64,000 bases of DNA, taken from contig NC_068988.1 of the NCBI RefSeq assembly GCF_001194135.2, positions 46,350,537 to 46,414,536 of the forward strand, in the 5' to 3' direction. The position numbers and the translations under genes were made by a program. The notes under the pieces were generated by a model. The model was not told the origin of the DNA. It did not search any database and saw only the letters and a list, made by a program, of their open reading frames with translations. Every line of letters begins with the position of its first letter. Position 1 is the stretch's first letter. The stretch comes from Octopus bimaculoides. Taxonomy: Eukaryota. Positions 1-13,076 of this stretch are shown in pieces.

Positions 1-194
1 GGCTGTCGCCATTTTGTCAAAAAGACAAAAATAACAGAAAAAATTCTTGTCGCCAAATGAATGGTATTTTCCTGCCCCGTAGGGCGAAAAACTACTGTTA
101 AACAAACAGTTACAAAAATGTCTCACAATAACAGACGTAAAAGAACTCACACAGACGTAGCAGCAAAGATATTTGAATCAAGATATAATACTCC

Positions 195-421
195 AAACAG
201 GAAGTGTGTGTAAGGGAAGATAATTCTGTGGATTTTATACTCTTTAGTTGGAGTTGTGGACTCTTTGTCAACAGGAGATTTATATCTGTTCTTAGAGATA
301 TATTAAAATATGCTTTCAGTTTAGCATTCTGCCTTATTATTATTATTTTTCATTTTCCTATTATTTCTCCACGTGCGGTTAACACAACCCCGCCATTTAC
401 TGACTTATATATATATATATA
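195..421. mobile_element. Penelope-like element pseudo-LTR fragment with an internal inversion
   Basis: 195-300 matches 6695-6730 and 60836-60920 in direct orientation (aaacaggaagtgtgtgtaagggaag...). 303-421 is the reverse complement of 60452-60552 (ttaaaatatgctttcagtttagcattctgcc...gcggttaacacaaccccgccatttactgacttatata). The fragment ends in (TA)n. Confidence 0.6.
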
Positions 422-423
422 AC

Positions 424-1048
424 TACACAGGGCACAGTGAATAAACTGTCGTCTAAGTTACACAAAAATTAAAATAACACTGACAGCTCATTTTAACAGA
501 TATATTTACTAAAATCACATAAAAATATCTTGAAATACCAAAGAGTAAATTTATCCAATAAAATCGCCATTGGCTACAACCATGGCCTCCAGATGACTTT
601 GGAATCTCTCGCAACTCTTCTGGACGGTCTCCTTGTTTAAGTTAGTGAGTGCTGTCATAATCCTTGCCTTCAGTTCATCTTTGGTGTTACAAGAAGTTTT
701 CTTGGTCTCTCGCTCAACTGCACCCCACACAATAATCAAGGTGTTGCAGTCTGAGAAGTTATGTGACCAGATATTAGGAGTGATGTGGTCTCAAAAGTTG
801 TGTGACATCCATGACTGGGTTCTCCTGCTTGTGTGGCATGGTACAGAGTCCTGTTGCCAGACATAGGGTCTTCCAGCAGCCACCCTCTTCACCCAGAACA
901 GCACTACCTCCTCCAGGCACTTGATGTAGGCCTCCGTGTTGAGTGTGAGGCTGTGTGGGAAGATGAATGGAGACATAACGTCGCAATTACCAGTGGCAGA
1001 GTGAATTGCATCATAGTACTGTTTTTCTCACAGACGGAGCCCAACTGA
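424..1048 (-). mobile_element. Tc1/mariner-superfamily transposon relic, maT-like (DD37D), 3' half
   Basis: Minus-strand peptides YIKCLEEVVLFWVKRVAAGRPYVWQQDSVPCHTSRRTQSW and IW..N..DCN.L..VWGAVERET...KDELKARIM...SCERFQSHLEAMVVANGDFI. Spacing from QQD to the expected third acidic position is about 37 aa. A putative terminus ta-cacaggg lies at about 424. Stops and frameshifts are present. Confidence 0.85.
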
Positions 1049-1772
1049 CCCTACTATAGTGTGTAGTTGACAAAATTGAAAGCAATGCCCATGTGTAAAA
1101 TCAAAAATATAAAATGGTGACAATTTACCCATCACATCCTGTATACAGCTTGAATTGTAAAGGAATAAGAGGAACTAATTTTGGTCATTAATGTACACTT
1201 TAATTTAGACTAACACCATCGTACAACATATAGTATAAAATATGGCAATGCATATCTATGACTCAATTTCAGTTCTCTCTTTTACTTGCATTCCTTTTAT
1301 CTATCATACTTCCACCTACACTTCTTCAACATCCTTTATCACATACAAATTAGGCTGTGCGACGAACACACACACACATAATGCTTATACAACAGAATTG
1401 AAAGAGATTATTTTGTGTGAAATGTGGGTTAATAAATAATTTACATATTTCTTTCCATGAATATTTTGGTAACTTTTATTTGGACACCCAGTTTCTCTCT
1501 CTTCTAAGTTCATCAATGCTCTTACACGTTTTCCTTGCTTCTCTCCCTCCCTCTCTCTCTCTTGATTTCTTCCACCTTCTGCCACATGCTCTTTTCTGTA
1601 CGTCAGTTTTTGTATGTTAGGCTCAGTTTGGATATTACAACAAAGCTAAAGTGAACTATATTGATACAAATAGTAACCAATTCGTTTCTTGGGTTGTTTA
1701 ATATAATTCAACCACAGTAAATAAAAGTGATACCTATATGTGTGTTTGTGTGCAAGTGTGTGTGTGTGCGTG

Positions 1773-1839
<67 letters not shown>

Positions 1840-2246
1840 GTGTGTATACCCACACATATACATACACATATATGTGCATATGCTAACATGGGTAAACAGA
1901 CATTATTATATACATAAGTACCTACATATGTATAGATACATACACACACATATATATGCACATAAACAGTGAAATAAATCTACAATGTAAAATATTTAGT
2001 TATAGTTATCCTTTATTTATATTATAATTTAAAATGCACACACACATAAATACCCAAATATAAATGTATGTGCATTTGTATGTTTATATAAATGTGCGTG
2101 CATCTGTGTATATATATATACATATATATATATATGGAGAGAGACATATATATACATGCATACATATATATATACATGCATACATGTGTATATACATATG
2201 TATTTGTATATATANNNNNNNNNNNNNNNNNNNNNNNNNNNNNNNN

Positions 2247-2304
<58 letters not shown>

Positions 2305-3193
2305 TATTTATATATGTATAAATATGTGTGTATATTTGTATATGTACTTGTCTGTATGCATATTTGGATCAAGAAGGGATGAGAGAGAGGAAAAGGCAAT
2401 GTAATAAATATGCCGTCATGATTGCAAACTTAATATCTGGTTTGGGTTTATATTAAAACAACAAATAGAAAAAATAATATTATCGAAAGACATGAAAGTA
2501 AGAAAGGGATATTATTTTTAAAATATATGGTTAGAAATGAAATAGAATTTAATGAAAAGGGAAGAGAAAGATGGATGACAAACAAGGAAAATTCATGAAA
2601 AATGTCAGAAAACTTTCATGGCAAATATATTTAAGAAAACTTCCAGGAAAATGTGAGAAAAATTGAATGAAGAGAGAAGTATGAAAAAATGGATCAGTGA
2701 ATAAAATAAATGAAAATGGTAAATAAATAAACTGATAGAAAAATATATGAAGAAGAAATATTAGTCAATAACAATGGAAAAAAAATAAAGAAAATGTTAG
2801 ACGTTTCCAGAAGTCAAGGAAAATGGCGGTGGGGAGAAAAGTGGAAAAAAAAAAAATTCATTGTAGAAGTCGGAACAAATCAGGAACTGGTGTTAGAAAA
2901 CAGTAGGTGGAAAATTTAGTTCATGTCAGTGGAAATGTACAAGAAATAAAGGATAATAATAATAATAAATAACGGTAATAGCAACAACAACAACAAAAAT
3001 GACAATAATAATAAAAACAAAAACAATAACAATAATAAATATGTAATGTAAATAATGAAGAAAAACTGTATACTTCCTTCAGTTCAAAACTAAATGTCAT
3101 TACGAATAAATTGAAAAATGTAAACCAAACTTGATATTTAATATAAGCATAAAGGAAATATGATGTTGTCAGTGTTTGCTTTTATCATCATCA

Positions 3194-3243
<50 letters not shown>

Positions 3244-3763
3244 TTTGTTATTCTCATTATTATTATCATCAATCCTATTGTTGCTGTGTTTATATCAAAA
3301 GTTATAAAATGGAATTTATTTTAAAAAGAAATGTTATTTTCAGTTCATGTGTTTTTATAGGATAAATTTGTAAAGACATAAGCAGGAATATATATATTTG
3401 TATGTATGATGTGAGCATTTATATATAAAGACACACACACACACACACATTCATTTATTTATGTTCTTATTTAATTTATAACGTTTCCCCCAACAGAGAA
3501 AGAGTGGGTTTCCATCCCAGTAATAAGATACTGTCACTGGAAATGAGACACAACCAAGTACTTTGTAACCATGTATGCATCTATGTAACTTTGTGCATAT
3601 GTATCTGTACATTTATATATATATATATATGCGTGCATGCATCTCAGTGCATATGTGAATCTGTATAGTTTGATTTATGTATGTTTACACATGCATATAT
3701 TTTGTTCATATGTTTTACATATTTTCACAATTCCACGCATGGATTGCAACTGTAGTTTCTTAG

Positions 3764-3850
3764 TTGTCAGTGACCATCCCGATTTTGTGGTGCTTAGATG
3801 CAAGGTTGGTGCTGCAGCTGTTAATAACATAACTGTTTCAATAAGTAAAG
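3764..3850 (+). CDS. Candidate 87-nt phase 1-1 exon (VVSDHPDFVVLRCKVGAAAVNNITVSISK), product unknown
   Basis: Acceptor gtttcttag| and donor aaag|gtatga; length divisible by 3; open frame; GC higher than the flanks. No homology recognised. Confidence 0.2.
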
Positions 3851-5126
3851 GTATGAATTTCAAATTTACTCTAGTCATTAGAGTATCTGTAAATTTCCTA
3901 CTAATCCTACATAGATGTTTTATTTCACATTCATCATAACCCTTTTGTTAACATATTCCTGTTGAACCACACTGATTCTGTTTCAATGAATTTTGAAAAT
4001 AATAATAAATTTATTAAAATAACTATCAATATTAAGCTGGTGCTTGGAACATAAACTAACATGAAATTTCAGAGGAAGGTTTTAATTTAGTCAATTATAT
4101 TGACCTCAGTACTCAACTGGTACTTATTTTATCGATCATGAAAAGATTAAAGACAATGTTGGCCTCACAAGAATTTGAACACAGAACCTAAAGATTGATG
4201 AAATGCCATGTCAAGAGCATAAATTCCCAAGAATCTGCATAAGTTGTTACATCTAAGTATTTTCCTGCATCTCTATCCGTTTTGTGCATCAGATATTTTG
4301 TTGATATTTGTTTTTAGTGGATTAAAAAACGTACTCTTCAAAGTGAGAGCTTGTATACCAATTGTTGGCCCAAGGCAGACTACTGCACTTTTTATGTCAA
4401 CATACATTAAGTTATAGAGCAGTAAACATGGTTAATACAAGCTTCAAGATACATTCCAGATATATTTTAAGAAATAAATACATAATATTTCTAAGAATGG
4501 CTAAAACTATATTTAAGGTTGTACTTTGTCTCAAGTCTACATGAATATTATTCCATGTGTGTATGTTGGATGATGGGAGTTCGATGGCTGGAAGGCTGGC
4601 TAATGGGTGGACATGTCTGTGCAGTTGCTTGTAAGTGTGTATATGTGTGAAGGATGTGAAAGAGTTATCATTTAGTGTGCATGTGTAGTTATCCATGTTT
4701 CATGTGTTGAGTGAATGTGACTGCATATTTCTGTGCATGCCTATTGTCTATAGACCGGTGTGTGCATGTGCATGGACATAAAAATGCATCTGTTATACTG
4801 TAATGTAAGTTTGTGGTTAATATGTTTGTGTATTTGATTTTTAAAAAAGCAATGATATGTTTAATGGTTAATCGCAAATGTATGGATTAGTGCACAAGCT
4901 TGCATGCATACTCATATATATTAAAGTGTTGTTTTATGCTGTGAAGAGCAAATGCAAGCATGTGTAAAAGTGTAGCATGCGTGGTGTATGTATGCACAGT
5001 GTGTATCCAAGTGGATATTATGGAAGGACGTGTTAAAATGTAACTAGGTTATTTTCAGATGTGTGAGGGTTATATCATAGACATGTTTGTTTGTTCGTGT
5101 TTGTGAGTGAGAGAGGGAAAAAGAGT

Positions 5127-5163
<37 letters not shown>

Positions 5164-5329
5164 TATGTATGTGTGTGTGTATAAGTGGATGTGGCAAAAG
5201 CCGAAAAGAACGTAGATTTGAAGGGAAACATAGAATGCTTCACTCAGCAAAACCCAGAGTTAGTAGGTCCATTGTGCAAGGCCAAACTATATACATAGTA
5301 AGTTGGAATGTTGAATGGTTTCAGGAGTG

Positions 5330-6238
5330 GAAGTGGTAAGAGCTCGAGGGCTGGTTTGTGAGCTAGATGTCACAAGATGTTCTGTGAATGGACTTGTTTC
5401 ACAAAACATTTCAGAGACAGTAAATTGAGACAGTAAATTAAACTGGTAGGGATGAAATGATGAAAAATTTGGAAGTTGTGGCAATTCGTTCCAGTGGGAG
5501 AGGCTATGTTGGTGAAGAAATGACAAATGTGACAACGGGGCCAGAACAATGATAGGATCCAGAAAAAGTAGGAAGTGCAAAAGTAGCTATGGACTAGTCA
5601 ATTGTGTAATTATGAGAGGAGGGGGAATCCAGAAAGTGACAAAGATAGTAGGGCTGGACTGGAGGGTGCAGAAGGAGCATAGGTTCTGATGATGAATGGG
5701 TTGGGTGGAAGGGTAAAAAAGAAGGGAATGAGCATGCAGTTGTGAGTGGCATGAGTGCAGAGAGCAGAACTGATTGATCTGTTGCATTGGGGTGGCTCAA
5801 ACTTTGGTGGAAGAATCCTCTTCACTGGGGAGATGGACTTTGTATCATGATAGGAACTCCAAGTAGTCGCAGCTACACAGACAAGGGAGACTGAAAAATT
5901 GATAGTGAGGGATTATTCATGTGGTGGGAGGAGGAAAACTCAATGTAGGAGAGGAAGTCAGTGGCTTTATAGAAGACTGATGGTGAGTGAGAGTGCGTTT
6001 ACAGTAGGTTATAGAGAAAAATATCTTGGAAGTTAATGGCAGTTGCCAAGATGACAGTGGGGGATTCTTCTGGAAGAGTGAAAGATGTTGACAATTGAGA
6101 TGAAAGTGTTCAGTGGTTTGAGTCGACCTATTGACTTATGACATGTGGGGCTTGATGTAGCCAACAAAGAAATTCGCATAGTTCCCCTTGTACCCACAGA
6201 TAACTGTCTATAAACTTTGCTGGTGAAAAAGAAGCAGT

Positions 6239-6240
<2 letters not shown>
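5330..6240 (-). mobile_element. Degraded CR1/L2-group LINE, ORF2 C-terminal region
   Basis: Minus-strand remnants: SVFYKATDFLSYIEFSS (cf. LYKAQIRP.LEY.S) and SFLHQHSLSHWNELP..FSSF (cf. SFF.RT..LWN.LP). Many stops. Confidence 0.5.
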
Positions 6241-6304
<64 letters not shown>

Positions 6305-6305
<1 letters not shown>

Positions 6306-6806
6306 GGAAAATGAAAAATAATAATAAGGCAGAATGCTAAACTGAAAGCATATTTTAATATAGATGTGTAAAAAGGATTTTTAACCGGCTTTCATTGCAT
6401 GGCAAATTTTCAAGAAGAGGGAGAATGAAAATGCTTTTTACAAAAAAGTAAAAAATAATATATAAAAAAATAAATATACCAATACATTATATTGTCTTTG
6501 AGCTTTTAAAGTTCAATGGTAATCCATGTAGTTAATAGTTGGAAAAATTAAGATGCATGAAATTGAGAGTTGTGTTTGGTTTAAAAAAAGAAAAGGGACT
6601 GAAGGTTTATGTGTTAGCAGGAAGTGTGGTGTCAAAACAGGAAGTGTGTGTAAGGGAAGACAATTCTGTGGGTTTTATACTCTTTAGTTGGAGTTCTGGA
6701 CTCTTTGTCAACAGGAAGTTTGTCTGTTCCTAGAGAAATATAGTCACTGAGGGGTTTGTGTGTTAAGAAGTGGTTGGAATTTCTCTATGAAAAGATTCTA
6801 CTTAGG
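6305..6806 (-). mobile_element. Penelope-like element 3' end (GIY-YIG C-terminus plus pseudo-LTR)
   Basis: Minus strand encodes NLFIEKFQPLLNTQTPQ*, typical of the PLE endonuclease C-terminus. Closely matches 60500-61000 over about 480 bp. Abuts a (TC)n(TA)n microsatellite. Hammerhead-like motif at 6379-6416. Confidence 0.7.
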
Positions 6807-8297
6807 TGTATATATGAATATATAGTTATGTGTACCTACCTAAAAACACAGGTTACACGTATGTATGTATGTTTAAAAGTATGTATTTATGAATGCAGAG
6901 CTCTATTGTTTGTTTCATGTAATAAACATGTATGATATCTATAATGTCTAAGAACATGTCCAGTATATCTTAAGAGAATTGAAGTTAGGTGTTCTGATCA
7001 TTGTCCCTTCCAAAACAGTATCAGGAATATAAATGTAAAGAAATGTCTTTGTCATTTACTCTAAGAAATAATGACTAATCTCACTTCCATCTTACCATTC
7101 TTATAGAAAAGTAAGGAGAAAGAAAATAAATAATCCAGAACTCGTAGGCTGAAGAAATTTTAAAAAGTTCAACAAAATAACATATTATTGATTTCAAAGT
7201 TTGGCACAAAGCCAGCAATTTCGGGGGAGAGAGCAAGTTAACTCCCCATACTCAACTGGTATTTGTTTTATTGACCCTGAAAGAATGTAAGGCAAAATAT
7301 TTTAACTTAGAACATAAAGACGGATGAAATGCCACTATGCATTTTGTCTAGCATGTTAACAATTCTGATAGCTTGCCGCCATAAACTATTATATTTTAAA
7401 TTCTGAAAATAAAGTAGATTCTGTTAAAGGTATGCAAGGACCAGATGCTAGCAGGATTAATGTGATAGCAAGCACAAATGCAAAAATATTTCTGTCTCCC
7501 AAATTCATACACCTGACATTGGTTAGACTAGGGTTTAAAGTACACAAGACATGCCCAAGTTGCCACACTGTAGGACTGAGCCCGATGGCCACGTGATAGC
7601 AAATGTCCACCACACAATTTCAAAACTGGAAATTGAAACAGACCTTATTTCAAACTCTGATATTCATGAGAACTGACCTTGTTCTGAGGGCTCCACTTTT
7701 ATATATATATTTACTTCAATGCAAGTATTTGTGATATAAGCTTGTGTGTATATGTACGTGAATGTATGTGTGATTGTGTGTGAGTATGTGTGTGTGTTGG
7801 AGAGGACAATGTGGACATACAATTTTTGCCTCAAATTATACAATATACAAGAAATTTCAAGGAAAATTTCGAGGTTATCAGCACATCTCTTACTTGATAG
7901 ATACTAATTCATAATCCTCAACTTATTTAAACAGTGCTTCCCAATTTATCAGCTTCTAGTATGTCAATATGCTTAGATTTCTCACACAGAAATAGCTATG
8001 GCCACCACCAAGAAGTCATCACAACTACAGACACACCTACGCCAAAATATCAGTGATGACTTCTTCAACACCACTGCACAAATGTTCTACCTCATATCTG
8101 TTTGCCATCTTGTGTCCCCACCAGGCTGTGTTGTTGTAAGTTGTAAATCATTCACTACTGAATAACTGTCAGCCTCTTGTCAAATAAGACAATCACTTGG
8201 TAATTAATTGTTTTATGTTTATGCTGGGTTTAAAGATTACTTAGTGTTTCTAACTTCCACTGGGCATATGTATGTGTATATATATATGTATATATAA

Positions 8298-8357
<60 letters not shown>

Positions 8358-8456
8358 TACATATATATGCACACACATACAAACATATACTGTATACATT
8401 ACACACATGCACATATATTCATATATGCATATGTCATATACATATGTATGTATATG

Positions 8457-8502
<46 letters not shown>

Positions 8503-8547
8503 TATATATATATATGTATGTATATATACAACATATATATATGAATG

Positions 8548-8652
<105 letters not shown>

Positions 8653-8829
8653 GGAGTGAGAGTGATGGGGGAACAAGGAGGGTCCTTAACTTCTTTCTTA
8701 CTTGTTTATAGGCTTCTATAATCATCAAATATATTTATTTTAGTCATGCCATGTACCATTAGTCTGCACCAAATCACAAAACTGTACTTTGTACTTCTAG
8801 TTGTCCACAAGTATCTTCCAAAAGGATCA

Positions 8830-9260
8830 TTTTGAATGATTAATCTTTCTGCAGATATTCGATTGGGATTTGTGGTTAACTTTAAAAGCAGTTAAACATT
8901 GGACTGACTGCCTTATCGACATGTCTACCCTTGATGCCGATGCCAGATTCATGGACTAGAACTGGGTGTGGAAGGAAAGAAGAGGACTATATTAATATAA
9001 TGGAATTAATGTGGTGTAATAGCAAGCAATGATACTGTTTCCAGAGAGTGAGAGGAGACAGAGAAGGAATAGGAGGAGGGAGAAGAAAAAGAGAAGGTGC
9101 TGGTAGGAATAAGATTCGTCACTGCACAGGCAGGAGGTTATAGGAAGTTGACCAGAGCAGTTTTCAGATGTGATAAATAGGAAGGACATTGGCATTTTGG
9201 GATTAACAGTTTTGTGAAAGTATTTGCCAAATCTCTGGTTACAATACCAAATAAGCCACC
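8830..9260 (-). mobile_element. Highly degraded LINE reverse transcriptase fragment (CR1/L2 group)
   Basis: Frameshifted remnants resembling K.A.V.PI.K (QNANVLPIY), .PITS CLC..ES and HP.LVH...GI.G (PHPVLVHESGIGIKG). Confidence 0.35.
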
Positions 9261-9534
9261 CAATTATTACATGATTTATGTATGTGTCTATGTATGTGTG
9301 TGTGTGTGCATTTGTGAGTTTGTGCTTGTGTGTGTGTGAGTGTGTGTCTGTCTGTGCGTATTGCAGTGTATGTATATCACACATATGTATATGTATGCAT
9401 ACTTGATGAAAACTGTATTTCACTGCATGAGCATGATCTATTTATTTATGTATGTGTCCGTGTGTGTGTATATATATACATATACTTATATACACATACA
9501 TATATATATGAATATATATATATATATATATATA

Positions 9535-10157
9535 NNNNNNNNNNNNNNNNNNNNNNNNNNNNNNNNNNNNNNNNNNNNNNNNNNNNNNNNNNNNNNNNNN
9601 NNNNNNNNNNNNNNNNNNNNNNNNNNNNNNNNNNNNNNNNNNNNNNNNNNNNNNNNNNNNNNNNNNNNNNNNNNNNNNNNNNNNNNNNNNNNNNNNNNNN
9701 NNNNNNNNNNNNNNNNNNNNNNNNNNNNNNNNNNNNNNNNNNNNNNNNNNNNNNNNNNNNNNNNNNNNNNNNNNNNNNNNNNNNNNNNNNNNNNNNNNNN
9801 NNNNNNNNNNNNNNNNNNNNNNNNNNNNNNNNNNNNNNNNNNNNNNNNNNNNNNNNNNNNNNNNNNNNNNNNNNNNNNNNNNNNNNNNNNNNNNNNNNNN
9901 NNNNNNNNNNNNNNNNNNNNNNNNNNNNNNNNNNNNNNNNNNNNNNNNNNNNNNNNNNNNNNNNNNNNNNNNNNNNNNNNNNNNNNNNNNNNNNNNNNNN
10001 NNNNNNNNNNNNNNNNNNNNNNNNNNNNNNNNNNNNNNNNNNNNNNNNNNNNNNNNNNNNNNNNNNNNNNNNNNNNNNNNNNNNNNNNNNNNNNNNNNNN
10101 NNNNNNNNNNNNNNNNNNNNNNNNNNNNNNNNNNNNNNNNNNNNNNNNNNNNNNNNN
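9535..10157. other. Assembly gap (one of 13 N-runs, most flanked by microsatellites)
   Basis: Other large gaps: 12498-12970, 25876-26629, 29140-29802, 41774-42034. Confidence 1.
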
Positions 10158-10528
10158 TATATATATATATATATATATGTATATGTATGTATGCATGTAT
10201 ATATGCACACATATATATGAATATACACAAACACATATAGATGAATATTTGCAGCATGTAGTTCGCATGCTCAGAAAAATGATGTATGTGGAAAATTTTA
10301 ATAATTTTACTTCTTAGTGCTCAATACATAAAGAGCACTAAGTGTATTCTATACAGTTTATATCTATAATTGAGCAGCTAATAATTTATCATTGTATTAA
10401 GGTTTGATGGGATTCTTGAAGTTTCATCATATAACCATCAGTTGTCAATAAGGCCACTCCTTACTTGTTGTAAGGTTAATTCATATATAATCATGTAATT
10501 CACATGCTCAGAAATAGTAAATAATATT

Positions 10529-10569
<41 letters not shown>

Positions 10570-10570
10570 T

Positions 10571-10611
<41 letters not shown>

Positions 10612-10654
10612 NNNNNNNNNNNNNNNNNNNNNNNNNNNNNNNNNNNNNNNNNNN

Positions 10655-10711
<57 letters not shown>

Positions 10712-11491
10712 ATGGAAGCAATTTTCGTATCAAAACATTCAGCTACAATGAACACCCAAACAACATACAACTGTCACAGAGAAGATAAATTTCTTTATTA
10801 GACGCACAGGGCCAAACACAGAGGTGACAAAATACAATGTAGAGCTTTTTTTTCGAAAATAGGAAAGGAGGAAAATAAAATTCTGATCAAAAGGGATCGT
10901 ATAAAAAAAATTTTTTTTTTAAAGATGCAAAACGAGGAGGTAGAACATTAAAGGCAAAAATATTAAACTGGTGATACTCAAAGTCTTTAACAGTCAAATC
11001 TTGGCAGGAAAATCAACAAAAAAGGACGTTATACAGAAGCCAACATCTCCCCGTATCCTGAAGATGAAGCTGAGATAACATGAAAACAGAAAATGAATTT
11101 GGAAACTTCATTGTTCCACATGAATTAAAAGTGTTTGATATGAAATGGTCCTGACAAATATAAGAAAGGCTAAATTAGGGCATGTTAGTTTTTTAAATAT
11201 GTCATGCTTTAAAGAAAAGGTGTTCCTGTATATACAAATGAGTGTATGTTTAGATATACAGTTTTGCATCTATGATTATTCCCATTGTGGATCTAAATGT
11301 TAATGATATAGGTAAAAAGAAGAAAAGGATTTATCGCTTGGGTCTTTATGCGTTATTCAATGTTCACCTTTGACTCTTCTTACTTAACTACACTTCATTG
11401 TTTACCTGGATATTAATTTACAAAAATACCTGTGTGCCTTTTTCCTCCACCATAAAATCAAAATAACCCTTCAACCAAAGACACTCTTGCA

Positions 11492-11790
11492 CAGTGGTTC
11501 CCAAAGTGGGTAGTGCTGTCCTCTTTGGAGTGGTGGAAAGATCCAATGGGGGGAGGCGTTGAAGAAAAGTGAGGCAATACTGGGATGGTCACATGGGGGT
11601 GATGGATGTAAAAGAAAGAGAAACCCCAAAATAATGGGTTGATTAGGTTAAGTTTTATTTGTGAAATACGGTTGTTTTAAATTTGCTACAAAACGTAATA
11701 TAAGTATGTGGTGGTGAGTGGAGAGGGACGCTAGGAATGTTGCCTGGGTGCCAAGTGGGTGGCAGCCTGAAAAAAGTCTGAGAATCACTG
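11492..11790. mobile_element. hAT (Charlie-type) MITE, about 299 bp
   Basis: Imperfect TIRs cagtggttcccaaagt / (rc) cagtgattctcagact. The 8-bp flanks ctcttgca and ttctagaa match at 5/8 and fit the nTCTAGAn target preference of Charlie elements. Confidence 0.7.
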
Positions 11791-11878
11791 TTCTAGAAAC
11801 ACTTATAACCTCTATCCTAATTTCGTTTTTTGAACTGGCGGCTTCCTATCAGACATCATTACTATAGTGTCTGCTGAA

Positions 11879-12092
11879 GGCAGTGAGCTGGTAGAATCAT
11901 TAGCACACTGGATGAGATGCTTAGCAGTATTTCACCCGTTGCCATGTTCTGAGTTCAAATTCTAATGAGGATGACTTTGCCTTTCATCCTTTGGAGGTCG
12001 ATAAATTATGCACCAGAGATACACTACAGTCGATGTTATCGAATTGTCCCCCAAATTTCTGGCCTTGTGCCTATAGTAGAAAGGATTATTAT
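11879..12092 (+). mobile_element. tRNA-derived SINE, family A (ggcggcgagctggcagaa... head)
   Basis: A-box-like gagctggtagaatc and B-box-like gagttcaaattc. Other copies: about 4050-4215(-), 7190-7385(-), 18838-19030(+), 21079-21300(+), 26828-27075(-), 30846-31052(-), 34209-34292(-), 42664-42870(+), 42898-43101(+), 51815-51925(-), 62485-62530(-). Confidence 0.8.
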
Positions 12093-12109
12093 AGTGTTTG
12101 CCAGAAGTG

Positions 12110-12228
12110 TATTCTTCTCCCTCTTCGTTTTCTTCTCCCTCTTTTTCTTTTTCTTGTTGTTGTTGCTGTTCTTTTTTTTCTTCTTTTTTTCTTTTTCTTG
12201 TCATTGTTGTTGTTGTTGTTGTTGTTGT

Positions 12229-12275
<47 letters not shown>

Positions 12276-12430
12276 TTCTTCTTCTTCTTCTTCTTCTTCT
12301 TCTTCTTCTTCTTCTTCCCCCTCCTCCTTCCTCCTCTTCTTTTTTCCTCCTCTTCTTCTTTTTCTTCTTCCTCCTTTTCTTTTTCTTTTTTCTTGACCTC
12401 CTCCTCCGCCTCCCCCTCCCCTCCCCATCC
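12110..12430. repeat. Compound (CTT)n/(GTT)n/(CCT)n microsatellite
   Basis: Direct inspection. It explains the polyE/polyS/polyF ORFs in the track. Confidence 0.95.
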
Positions 12431-12978
12431 TCCCCTAGTTTCTCATTTGGATACTGAACACTGCATTCCAGTCTTGCTACTGCTGTCAGGAATGTCCNNN
12501 NNNNNNNNNNNNNNNNNNNNNNNNNNNNNNNNNNNNNNNNNNNNNNNNNNNNNNNNNNNNNNNNNNNNNNNNNNNNNNNNNNNNNNNNNNNNNNNNNNNN
12601 NNNNNNNNNNNNNNNNNNNNNNNNNNNNNNNNNNNNNNNNNNNNNNNNNNNNNNNNNNNNNNNNNNNNNNNNNNNNNNNNNNNNNNNNNNNNNNNNNNNN
12701 NNNNNNNNNNNNNNNNNNNNNNNNNNNNNNNNNNNNNNNNNNNNNNNNNNNNNNNNNNNNNNNNNNNNNNNNNNNNNNNNNNNNNNNNNNNNNNNNNNNN
12801 NNNNNNNNNNNNNNNNNNNNNNNNNNNNNNNNNNNNNNNNNNNNNNNNNNNNNNNNNNNNNNNNNNNNNNNNNNNNNNNNNNNNNNNNNNNNNNNNNNNN
12901 NNNNNNNNNNNNNNNNNNNNNNNNNNNNNNNNNNNNNNNNNNNNNNNNNNNNNNNNNNNNNNNNNNNNNNATATATAC

Positions 12979-13012
<34 letters not shown>

Positions 13013-13029
13013 ACATACATATATGTATG

Positions 13030-13076
<47 letters not shown>

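Noticed and set aside
7389-7613. 74-aa minus-strand ORF with a hydrophobic stretch
   Set aside because: There is an in-frame stop between the nearest acceptor and the ORF, and no recognisable homology.
10780-11460. Possible further PLE fragment with ctgaagatg and an RRVK.EH remnant
   Set aside because: The candidate ribozyme core and protein remnant lie on opposite strands, and no stem II or GAAA spacing could be resolved.
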